From the human T2T-CHM13v2.0 reference genome, Homo sapiens, in assembly GCF_009914755.1 (NCBI RefSeq), contig NC_060941.1: a DNA stretch of 64,000 nt. The stretch is one strand, 5' to 3'. The notes beneath the pieces were generated by a model. It did no database searches and was not told where the DNA came from. It was given only the letters and a program-made list of their open reading frames with translations. The position numbers and the translations under genes were made by a program. Shown here piece after piece: positions 51,244 to 64,000 of this stretch. Every line of letters starts with the position of its first letter. The first letter of the stretch is position 1.

Positions 51244-53375
51244 GTGGGTGGGCCTCTTCCGTGAGACCCCCGCCCTCCTCGGCGCTAGCCCCTTCCTGGC
51301 TGCGTCTGGGTTGGACTCAGCCCTTCCCCCAGGCAGCTGCGTCTCCCAGAGGAGGGAGGGAGAGAGGGTCAGGACACAGCCTCTGGGGCCGTCCCAAGCT
51401 CTAGGTGTCTCTGCTGGCTTGGTGGGGGCGGGTCGCGGAAGATCGCAAAAACTGAGTGATCCCCCCGCCGGCCCCAACTCAGTTCTCTTCTGCCACACTC
51501 TGGCAAATATGAGCCCCCGGGAGCCCATGCTTCTTGGTGAGGGTTAAGCGCGCAACTCTCGGGGCTCAGGCTGGGAAGGGCTGGGAGATGGGGACCGAAC
51601 GGAGACTCGGAGAGGACGTCCCCTGCTGGCAGAGGAACTGGCGTTAATGCCATTTTCCGAGCTAAGCTCTTAGTTGAGATCTGACATCCAGGTTTAAGGC
51701 CTGATGTCCCCCAGCTGCTCCCCTCCCATTCCACCCGCTGGAGGCACTGCCTCCCACCTTCCTCCCTGCAGTCGGAAGCCGCTCCTCCCAGAAGGATGTT
51801 GCCAGCCGGCCTGCAGGTCACTTGGGAATTTTTCGAACCTGAGAAAGATTTCAGTGGTTGGTCTTTCGCATCCCGCACTTGAGAGAGCTCCAGGGCTGCT
51901 CTCTGGGGCTTGCTCCCTCTACAGGGGTGTCCTGTATGGAAACAGGTAGGGACAGCAGTGGACTGGTCTGTCGCCTTCCATCTGTGTCCTTGGAGTGAGC
52001 GGGTACCAGAAACTGAAAGAACTGCTGAGGGAGCCTAGAGCTTCCACTCTTCCTCTGCAGGGTTGGGGATGGAGTGAGGGCTGTCCTGGATTCCGCTGCA
52101 TGGCCTTGAAGGAGACCTGCCTCTCTCTGGGCCTCGGTTTCCTCCCCGACACCAGGGCTCACCCTTGCTGGGAGCCTCAGCCTCCACCCCAGTGTTTCGG
52201 GGGAAGCCACCCTGCAAGTCATCCGCCCAGAGCCGTTGAGATAGGCGTCCTGTGTGGGCTTGTGGCAGGAAATGGGCCCCTGCACCCTCGGAGAGGAGGA
52301 GCTGCTGTTGGCCAGGCCCCAGGCTGAGGGGGACTGCCTGACCTTGTTGCCCTGCAAACCAGCTGGGTTGTTTGCCTAGGAGGTGGCCAGGCTAGGCAGC
52401 TGTTTGTGTTTGGTGGAATCACCGAGCTGGGTGGGTAGCTGGCATCGTTTGCTCAAGGCAGCTGTGATCTGTAAAGTACACAAAGACTGGCCCTCCCTCC
52501 CTCCTTCCTGCTCCAGGGCTGGGACCCAGGAGCCAGGGAGGAGTGCAGGCTCCAGAAAGCTCCTATCCCCCACCCCTTCATCTGTTCCCTGGCCAAGCGG
52601 CATTGGCCGGAGAGTTGGTCCCCAGCCTCCCCGGGCCTGCCCCAGGGGAGTGAGTCCAGGACCCTCTGAGAAAGCCTGGCAGGAGCTCCTTGGACCAGAC
52701 TAGGGGTGATGTGGCCCACAGGCAGACAGTTCCCACCCTGGGCCACTCTTCCCTGGGTCTTAGGTGATTCACCACGATGATGGGCCCTAGCCATTAACAG
52801 ACTCTAGAAATACCTCAAAGACATTATCCCTCCTCCTTCTACCCACTATGGAAACCATGCCACAGAAAGGTTAAGGAATCTTCCTAAAGTCACACAGTAG
52901 GCCATTTACAAATCAAGACCCATCCTTCATACCCCTTCTGCTCAGCCACCCCTGCCTCTCCACCAGAGTTAACTAATGCCAGTACCCCATGCCCACAACA
53001 GGAATGCCTTTGGGCTCCACTGTCAATTTCAGAGCCTCAAAAATAATTCAAACCTAGTCCCTGCTTAACCCATTAAGCCACCTAACCAGCAGCTGGGAAA
53101 TTCCAGCATTGGATCTAGACCCCTGTTATCCAAGATTGGAGAACAGTGGGACAAAGTGCTCCTCTCCACCATTCCTGCGTGTCCCTGGGGAAGATGAGCA
53201 GAGCAGAGCCAGACAGTAAAGGAGAGGGCCACGCCCCCTCCACAGGTTACCTCCTTGGTACTCCTGCCCGCACTACCCACAGCAACCCCGGGATGCCGAT
53301 CTGCAGCCACATGTCCCATGTGGGAGGTTTCTGCTGAAAGAACTTCCAACTACACATCTCCCCACTTCAGTATAA

Positions 53376-53645
<270 letters not shown>

Positions 53646-53927
53646 TGATCCGTCCACCTTGGGCACCCAAAATGCTAGGATTACACACATGAGCTACTGC
53701 ACCCAGCCTCATGCAACCTTTTAATAAACATAAAATGTCATTAGAAACTTCCAGTCAGGCGCGGTGGCTCACGCCCGTAATCCCAGCACTTTGGGAGGCT
53801 GAGGCGGGCGGATCACCTGAGGTCGGGAGTTCAAGACCAGCCTGGCCAACATGGAGAAACCCCGTCTCTACTAAAAATAAAAAATTAGCCAGGCGAGGTG
53901 GTGCATGCCTATAATCCCAGCTACTCA

Positions 53928-54032
<105 letters not shown>

Positions 54033-54645
54033 TCAAAAAAAAAAAGAAAGAAAGAAAGAAAGAAACTTCCAAATAAATGTTGTGACACACAAAAAAAAAC
54101 CCAAACAATATTCATTATAGAGTATGCAAATGACCATGCCCCACCCCCAGCAGATTCTGATAGACTCCCTTGGGTGGGAATCCTTGTCCAATATATTGAC
54201 ACTTCCCTTTCCTGTCAGTATAGCCCAGCCCATGCGTGTACTCACGAGCGGACGATGGATGACACAAGTACACAGAGGGACGGAATCCCTGCATGGTGTG
54301 GCTATGGGCAAATGTGGCCACTGTCTAGATTGTGCAAATGTGGTGGTTCTCTGGGGCCACAGAGCACACTTGGGGACCTGTTCATGGTGAGGTCTCAACT
54401 CCGGCCTCTAGGAACTTGAATGAGGACAGGAGGGTCAGAGGGAGAGCCTAGGAGGCTGAGCCAAGGAGCGTGGAGAGGAGAGACAGGGTGAAGGTGGCGG
54501 CTGGCTTTCTGGAAGCAGGTGGCCTTTGGTGCGGTCAGCATTCGTGCCAGCCCCCTCTTCTCTGATCCTCTCCATGTGTCTCTCTCCTGGAATCCCAGAA
54601 GCTGCCCCTGACTCCCCATTAACTGCCTCTGCCCCTACCCCCTAG

Positions 54646-54756
54646 GTGATGCTTCTGGGAGACACAGGCGTCGGCAAAACATGTTTCCTGATCCAATTCA
54701 AAGACGGGGCCTTCCTGTCCGGAACCTTCATAGCCACCGTCGGCATAGACTTCAGG
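54646..54756 (+). CDS. RAB37: RAB37 exon 2 (G1 P-loop, G2/switch I)
   Basis: VMLLGDTGVGKTCFLIQFKDGAFLSGTFIATVGIDFR; TAG acceptor, GTGAGG donor; 111 nt. Confidence 0.97.
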
Positions 54757-55241
54757 GTGAGGTGGCTGCAGGCACTTGCTTCCAGCAGAGAGCCAGGGCT
54801 GTGGCTCAGGCATGGGGGGGTTGCCCCCACCTTGCTCACCCTGGCTCCCAGGGACTCCCGAGGCTCATGCCTGGAGGGCACACAACCCGCTCCCCCAAGA
54901 CCACAGAGGTGGCCGGGTCAAAGGAGACTGGGCAAGGTTGGCTCCTTGCCCAACTATAGGATGCAAAAAAATGAGACTGAGTCTTCGATTCCAGCTCCAT
55001 TCCTGGGGGACTTCTCCCAAGCAGAGCAGCCGCAGGCACGGCATAAGCTGAATATCTTGGCCCACAGAGCCCCTGCTCATTGCTCTCCTACCTGGGCCCC
55101 TTTGGAAAGGCCTCAAAGGTCAATCAGTCTTTCTGGAGTTCCCAGAAAGCACAGCCCTGCACTGGGTTTAAGAGCTGGGCTTGGGCCGGGCATGGTGGCT
55201 CTTGCCTGTATTCCCAGCACTTTGGGAGGCCGAAGCGGTCA

Positions 55242-55552
<311 letters not shown>

Positions 55553-56132
55553 TTACAAATCTGCATCAGGGATGCTAGACGCTGCACACCTGAAGTGTTC
55601 AATAGAGAAAAGGTCTCACCCTGGCAGGTGGGGCTCTACAGCTTCAAGCAGGCAGAAAGCGAACACTTCCTTCACTAGAGAATTAGTGGGCAGCTAAAGA
55701 AAAGGTGCTGCTGCAGATGTAGCCTCAGGTCCCCAGGATGCAGGCAAACACCCCATCTCCAGGGGCTCGGTCACAGTCCCAAGGCTAGGCTCCAGGAGAG
55801 GGAGACCGAAGTGGGAAAAGGGCAGGGCCTCCAGCAGCAACCAGCCCTCCAGCCCTGGGCTGCCTGATCCCTGGAGAGAGCCAGGATGTTTCTCAGGCTC
55901 CTCTTGCCCTGCTGTTGTGAGAAGGCAGTTACAGTCCTCAGAAGGGACGACTCCACAGTGGAGGTGTCTGGGTATGGGGTTCCTGCTGCCCTGATGGTAT
56001 GATCTGGCTGGAGACGGTTCTGGGGCTCACTGCACCCACTCTAGGCCTGGAGAGGGAACAAGACAGGACGTCTGCAGAGCTGAGGAGCCACATGACTCCT
56101 GCCCTCCCATCCTCTGCCTTTTTCTCTTTCAG

Positions 56133-56174
56133 AACAAGGTGGTGACTGTGGATGGCGTGAGAGTGAAGCTGCAG
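56133..56174 (+). CDS. RAB37: RAB37 exon 3 (NKVVTVDGVRVKLQ)
   Basis: Strong pyrimidine tract and CAG; donor GTGAGA; 42 nt. Confidence 0.96.
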
Positions 56175-56469
56175 GTGAGACCAGAGGCTGGAGTTGGGGA
56201 GGGAGGATGGAGGACCTGCCCTTCCTTCTCACCCTGAACCACAGGAGGCCTGCAGCCCTGCCCTCCGCCTGGGGCAATTTCCTGTGGGGCCCACGGGAGG
56301 AAATGGCTTTTGTTTATTTGACATCTGCAGAAAAAGCAGTTCCCAGGCACCCTCTCATCTATGAACAGCAGCTCCAAATGCCTTCAGACAAGCTTAGCCT
56401 CCATCCATCTCCTCCCCAGTTGCCAGGGCTTTATCTGCTCTTAGGAGATTGGACATCCCCAACCCCTGA

Positions 56470-56628
<159 letters not shown>

Positions 56629-56980
56629 TGAGTAGCTGAGACTACAGGTGCATGCCACCACACCTGGCTAATTTTTTGTATTTTTAGTAGAGACGGGGTT
56701 TCACTGTGTTAGCCAGGATGGTCTGGATCTCCTGACCTCGTGATCCGCCTGCCTCGGCCTCCCAAAGTGCTGGGATTACAGGTGTAAGCCACCGCGCTCG
56801 GCTGAGGAGATGATTTTGAACGAGCTTGAGAAATCAGTAACTGCTACTGTCCAGGTCATTGGATGCTCAGGGGCTCATGAGAACCTAAAGAAGAAAACAG
56901 CCCCACCTTCCCACAGATATCTCATACAACAAAGCAGGCCTGCTCCACCCAGCACATTCCTTGCACCTGCCTCCTTCTGA

Positions 56981-57148
<168 letters not shown>

Positions 57149-57166
57149 TGATCCTCTCCCCTCCAG

Positions 57167-57219
57167 CCTTGCTTCTGCTGTATGACATCACCAACAAATC
57201 TTCTTTCGACAACATCAGG
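57167..57219 (+). CDS. RAB37: RAB37 exon 5
   Basis: ALLLLYDITNKSSFDNIR; 53 nt; AG/GT. Confidence 0.97.
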
Positions 57220-58186
57220 GTAGGTCCTCCCTTCCCCTGACTCCCACCCATAAGCAGCCAAGGCAAGGTCTATGCAGGCTGGGGTTGCTTCCTGCCCTGT
57301 GGAAAGCGGGTGGAGCGTGGAGTCCTCCTGCCTTCTGAAAAACACCTACTTGTGACTCAGAAGTCATATCTGCTGCTTTGTATTTGGTGGCCATGTGGGC
57401 ATGAAGGCCAAGCAGGCTGTTGTGACCCTGTGCCACCTGCATAGCCCTCACTGTGATTCACGAGTGTGTTTCGTGACAAAGTGTTCAGAACAGCCCCCAC
57501 TCCACCCTGGATAATTATCCACAGAGACCAAGGGAAAAACACAACCAGAAAAGTCCACACATACATCCAGGGCAAGTTGCAAGAAAGTGACTCAGTCAGA
57601 CAGAGTGAGTGGTTGTATCCTCACAACCAAACTATTATAGAGACAAAAATTTGATAAATTCAAGCACCAATTTTGTTCACGACATTGTATAGGTTTCATG
57701 AATCCCCTGACCTCAAGGACAGTTTGCTGATAAGCAAACTAGGAGAATAAAACGTTTATATAGAAAGAGGAAAATCCATGGCACTCATACTCCTACCTCC
57801 AACCCCATGCTCATGGCAGACATCACTAATCAATCACAGTACTTTTGATCACTGAAACCCTTATGTGGTCTTAGAATCTTTAACAGGACACTCCAAGAAA
57901 TCACTGCTGACAGCCAACTGATTTGTGAGATAAGGTCTCCATGCATCTGGATCTTCCATAGAACTGATAGTTGCACAGCATAAAATGGTGAGGGTGGGGC
58001 CATTGTGGGTTGAGCCACCAAGGAAGGCCATCCAGGCCTGGATGGGCCAGAACAAAGGTACAGATGAGAGAACGCACAGGGTATCGTGTTCAAGGTAGTG
58101 AGTAACTGAGGATAGTCAAACGGAGCAGAAGAAGAAAGGGGCAGCAGGAGGAAGAGAATGCCAGTCTCGCACGCCCTCTCCCACAG

Positions 58187-58252
58187 GCCTGGCTCACTGA
58201 GATTCATGAGTATGCCCAGAGGGACGTGGTGATCATGCTGCTAGGCAACAAG
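58187..58252 (+). CDS. RAB37: RAB37 exon 6 (start of G4 GNK)
   Basis: AWLTEIHEYAQRDVVIMLLGNK; 66 nt. Confidence 0.97.
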
Positions 58253-58751
58253 GTGAGTGGCTCCGGGGCAGGGTCAGCCCAGCCCTGCACTTCCTCAGCC
58301 CTAGCCGGCCCCATAACCACCCAAGAACAGTTATCTAGGCATCCTTCCTGAAAAGGACTCTGCAGCCTCCAGCTCAGGGGTCAGACATATCTGGAGGCTT
58401 CTGCCCATCCCATCTGCCCCTTCCAGGGAAAGTCCAAGTTGTTGCCTGAGAAATCAAGGGGTGCCCAGTTCTCAGCCCCCATTAGAGCAGAGTGAACAGG
58501 GTCCCAGGTCAGGGGCTAAGAGTGCAAAGGGTTAGCCCCAACTGCTGTCCTATTCCAAGACCCTTTACCAAAGGTGAGATCCCAGAGCTGGGAGCTACAC
58601 TGGGCAGAAACCCTGGCCCCAGGCCAATCACACCTGCCTGCAGTCCCTTGGGCCACCAGCAGAGGGCAGGCAACGCCTGCTTCTGGGGCAAAATATGGGC
58701 CCGCTGGGGCGGAGGCCTCCTTCCCCAGAGTGACCCATTTGGGCTTGACAG

Positions 58752-58808
58752 GCGGATATGAGCAGCGAAAGAGTGATCCGTTCCGAAGACGGAGAGACCT
58801 TGGCCAGG
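58752..58808 (+). CDS. RAB37: RAB37 exon 7
   Basis: ADMSSERVIRSEDGETLAR; 57 nt; donor GTAAGT. Confidence 0.95.
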
Positions 58809-58886
58809 GTAAGTGATTGTCTGTGGGACAGGGTGAAGGGTGGGGGCAACCCGACGCTGGCCCTGAGGACACTCTCTCCCGGGCAG

Positions 58887-58963
58887 GAGTACGGTGTTCC
58901 CTTCCTGGAGACCAGCGCCAAGACTGGCATGAATGTGGAGTTAGCCTTTCTGGCCATCGCCAA
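58887..58963 (+). CDS. RAB37: RAB37 exon 8 (G5 ETSAK)
   Basis: EYGVPFLETSAKTGMNVELAFLAIA; 77 nt. Confidence 0.97.
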
Positions 58964-59184
58964 GTGAGAGCTGGGCAGGGAAGGGAAGTGTGCGGGGCAG
59001 GGCGGCACACTCCAGGAATCCAGTAGGGCCCGGCCCCTGGCCCAGCCCCTGGACACACCTGCATTCTGCAGGCTGAGGTCCATTTGCTCTGGGAGCACTG
59101 GGCCACTGGGAGAGGGGAGGGGGCGGCTCAGCTCCTCACCCCAGCCCAGCCCAGCCCAGCCCAGCCCATTGTCTCTTCTTCAAG

Positions 59185-59290
59185 GGAACTGAAATACCGG
59201 GCCGGGCATCAGGCGGATGAGCCCAGCTTCCAGATCCGAGACTATGTAGAGTCCCAGAAGAAGCGCTCCAGCTGCTGCTCCTTCATGTGA
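59185..59290 (+). CDS. RAB37: RAB37 last coding exon with CCxxx prenylation motif
   Basis: ELKYRAGHQADEPSFQIRDYVESQKKRSSCCSFM*; spliced total 672 nt = 223 aa. Confidence 0.97.
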
Positions 59291-61188
59291 ATCCCAGGGG
59301 GCAGAGAGGAGGCTCTGGAGGCACACAGGATGCAGCCTTCCCCCTCCCAGGCCTGGCTTATTCCAAGAGGCTGAGCCAATGGGGAGAAAGATGGAGGACT
59401 CACTGCACAGCCGCTTCCTAGCAGGGAGCTATACTCCAACTCCTACTTGAGTTCCTGCGGTCTCCCCGCATCCACAGGGAGGGTAAAACACTTAGCTTTT
59501 ATTTTAATAGTACATAATTTAATACCAAAAAAGGCGCCTGGATCCCCAAAAAACCGAGGCTGGGAGCTAGTGGCCCTTTTGCTTTCTAGGACTTGGGGGG
59601 CCAGCCCTCCCTCCTAAGCATAACAAAGGTGGTGTTGCTCCAGCTCAGCCCCAGGGGACACAGATGCACTTTGGGGGTGAGGGCAGGTAATGACTCCATC
59701 GCACCCTCAGTTCAGCTGGACAGAGGCTCAGGTGACCCCAGCCTTCACTGTCTCCCGCTCTCCAGGAGCTTATCTTCGCCCCATCTCCCAAATAAGTGGG
59801 CCCTTGTGCTGTGAGGAAGACCAAAGCCTCAGGGAAGATAAGAGATATGGAGATGGGAGGGGGAGGACAAGGGGCAGAGAGTAGGGTCTAGCTGGCTATC
59901 TCTGGCCTTACTAACACCCCCCTGGAGGCATGCCCCTTTTCTCCAGCACACAAGCACATTGGGGCACCTGGAAATATTGGTTCCAGGCTCCTGTTCTCTG
60001 GACTTCAGATCCTGGGGGAGCCCCTCCCCCCCCTGAATCCCTGGCTTAGCTACCTTCCTGCCTGTGCACCTAAAAACCTCAGGTCAGAACTAGGAAAAGA
60101 GTTTTGTTTTTATTTTTTTGAAATGGAGTCTCGTTCTGTCGCCCAGGCTGAGGTGCAGTAGTGCAATCTCCGCTCACTACAACCTCCACTCCCTGGGGCT
60201 CAAGCGATCCTCCCACCTCAGCCCCCGAAGTAGCTGGGACTATAGGTGTGTACCATCACACCTGGCTAATTTTTGTATTTTTTGTAGACACAGGGTTTCG
60301 CCATGTTGCCCAGGCTGGTCTTGAATTCCTGAGCTCAAGCAACCTGCCGGCCTCGGCCTCCCAAAGTACTGGGATTACACGCAGAAGGCACCATGCCCAG
60401 GCTAGATGTGTCTTATCCCAATCCTTTGGCAGGCATGCAGCTCCACAGGCGATTTCTTCAAGCAGCTGCAGTGTTTAGCCCTCCTGGGTTAAGAGCCAGA
60501 TAAGGAGAAATCCCTTTCCTAGGTTTGGAATGTGTTGTGAAAAAAAAGAGAAATCCCTGGCTCCTGGAGCTGGTGGGAGACAAGATTAAGCAAACCTCCC
60601 CTGACATGTATCCCTTTGACCCCAAGCTCTGCCTCCTCCCTGACCACCCATGCCCTTTCCTTTAACTTCTCAAACAGATACCAGGGCCTAAACTGCTTTA
60701 CCTCCCCTCCTACTGAGTCAGGTTAGGTGGTGGGAGGTCACCCATTTCCGAGTTAAACCAATGCAATATGAGTAAAACAAAGTCATGTGGGTATGTCTGG
60801 GGTAGAGAGAGGGGTAGCAAGTTCATGTGTCCTCCTTGGTCACATATCTCCCAAAGCTCTGATCCCTGCCATGGGAAGTGGACAGGAAACATGAGGTCAT
60901 GACCTGCAGGCATCTTTACTGCAGCTCTGCCGGCCTGGAGGAGGAGAGGGGGAGGAAGAAGTATGCGCTGCACATTTCTGAGGCTACTGCATTTGCTTTC
61001 AAGGCAGAAATCTTGCTCTGAGCAGTCAGCGGCTCCAGTTTGGGCCCGATAAGGAAGTTCTCCGTGGCCTCCCTCAGGCAGAGCAGGGAGGAGGCTGACA
61101 TTGCCAGTCTCTTCTGGGGCCCAAGGCAGGTTGCAGGAGATCCAATCCCATAGACAGCTCTGGGCCTCTTGCATTTGAGTTTTTCAGA

Positions 61189-61194
61189 ATTAAA
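61189..61194 (+). terminator. Probable RAB37 poly(A) signal ATTAAA
   Basis: ATTAAA followed about 30-50 nt later by a GT/T-rich element (CTGTTTCTTTGAAGTGAGTGTG). Confidence 0.6.
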
Positions 61195-61717
61195 CTGCAG
61201 TATTTTGGAAAGCACATCCTGTCCACTGTTTCTTTGAAGTGAGTGTGGGGGGGGGTCTTGTTGAAGGAATTGTCATTCACTGCCAAAATCATTCCATCCT
61301 CCTTCCTCAGTGTCTGTCCTCAGATGGTCAGCTCCCCGCTCAACAGACTGTCTCCCGCCTCTGTGACCAGCCTCTCTTTGGCAAGAGGGAGCTAGAAGGC
61401 TTTACAGTCCTAATCATTTTTCTGTTGGAAAAAAAAAAAAAAAACCAAGGCTCCTTTCCCTGTGGCGTGTACCCAGAGGTTGATTACCTGAGTCTGTCCT
61501 GCCTCTCCCCACCCCACCTCCCTAGCCAAACGCTGCTGCCAAAGCCCACGCTATTGCCCTAGATGGCCTGTCTTCAGCGGGCTGCCCCTCGAGGTCCCAG
61601 GCTCTCCGCGGAGCCCTCACCTTCCCAGCAGGGATCAGAACCTGCACTCCTCTATGCGAGTCCTGGGACAGCACAAAGTGGATTAGGGTTAGGGTTCCCA
61701 CAAACGGAAAAATGTTA

Positions 61718-62162
<445 letters not shown>

Positions 62163-62478
62163 TTACCCGAGGGCCGGCTTTCCTCACTCCCCGCCACAGG
62201 TAGGGGAAACCAGGCCGGAGCCGGCGGGCCCACCCGCCCAGAACCGGGAACTCGGCGAGCCCCGCCCCTGCCACCCCAGCGCCGGCCGCTCGGTAACAAA
62301 CACTTCCACTTCCTGAGCGCTCGTCTTCGCCCGCCGCGGGGCGCCGCGCCGAGCGCAGGCCCCGCCCCGCGCGTTCCCAATGGCCGGCGCCGTTCACCCG
62401 GCCGGAGCGCCCAGGCCTGCAGCCCCCTATTGGCCCGCGGAGGTCCCCACCCTCAGCGCGGCCCCGCCCCCGGGGTAA

Positions 62479-63267
<789 letters not shown>

Positions 63268-64000
63268 TGAAACTCGAGCTGCGAGGGGGAGACCGCTTCC
63301 GCCCGCCGACCAGGCGCCCTGACACATCCTAGGCAGGCCTGGGGCTGCGTCCCGCGACCTCCTCTCCTTCCCAGGCTGTGCTGGGAGCTTGAGCGCCTTT
63401 GCCGCCTGCACCTCTTGTTCCCTGGCCTTTGGGAGGGCGGCGCAGGGGAACCCAGCCCCCTTCCCTCGGGTCTGTGGGTGTCTGCTCCCGTTCCTCGGAA
63501 TCCCCCAATCCTGCTCCTTCCCTGGTGCCCTCTCCTCGTTCACCCCAGTCCGCAGATGGGCCGGGGAGAAAGGGCTCTCCGCCCCAGAGGTGCCAGCTTC
63601 GCCCGCCACTCCTACTTCAAAAGCTAGAGGAATAGCATTACTCCTCCTGTGTGGAGCCCCGGCGCGAGGAGGCCCTCTCCGCAGCCCGCCGGTGTGTGTC
63701 CTGAACTTCAGTCCTGCTGGACTTCATCCTCCCGGAGTCCTGTGTGACTTCTAAGGGAGAGGAAGCCCCACCATCTCAGGGCGGTGTGGGGGTTGCCTGG
63801 CAGGGAGGAGGAGCCAAGGCATCTCGGAGTGGTGGTTCTGCCACCTCAGAGGATTTACGATTCTCAGGAATGTGAAGAGTAAGCGCCTAGAACTGTATCT
63901 GGGAGGGAAGGGGAAAGACCTTGGAAGAAGAAAAAGATGGCCATGGGGAGGAGAGAGAGCTCCTGGGGCTCACGGCCCTGTGTGCGCCAGCGGAGCTCAC

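Larger units (their letters stand above)
50500..51480. promoter_or_regulatory. RAB37 CpG island / internal promoter
   Basis: Dense CpGs; GC boxes GGGCGGGGCGGGG near 51074; spans both alternative first exons. Confidence 0.85.

Overview
Human (primate) genomic DNA, recognisable as chr17q25.1. It contains: (1) the complete CD300LF gene (CMRF35-like molecule 1/IREM-1) on the minus strand, with 7 coding exons that splice to exactly 290 aa; (2) the RAB37 small GTPase gene on the plus strand, with 9 canonical coding exons (223 aa), alternative first exons, and a second paralogous P-loop/switch-I exon at 41972-42082, implying a longer RAB37 transcript that starts upstream of the window with CD300LF nested antisense in its first intron; (3) the CpG-island promoter and exon 1 (PDZ1) of NHERF1/SLC9A3R1, with the MIR3615 hairpin at its transcription start. 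The rest is repeat-rich: roughly 50 Alu elements or fragments, L1/L2/MIR, MaLR, ERV1 and ERVL LTRs, Tigger13a, MER115, and two large TG-rich arrays. All exon boundaries were read from GT-AG sites and checked for phase. No prokaryotic-type system (CRISPR, operon, etc.) is present, and I cannot claim a wholly new biological system. The best leads are: the duplicated RAB37 nucleotide-binding exon flanked by UG-rich arrays; a candidate in-frame upstream RAB37 exon; the LTR-supplied CD300LF poly(A) signal; a RUNX/GFI1-motif-rich VNTR between two myeloid promoters; and several locally templated duplications. Gene and repeat names are from recognition, not database searches.
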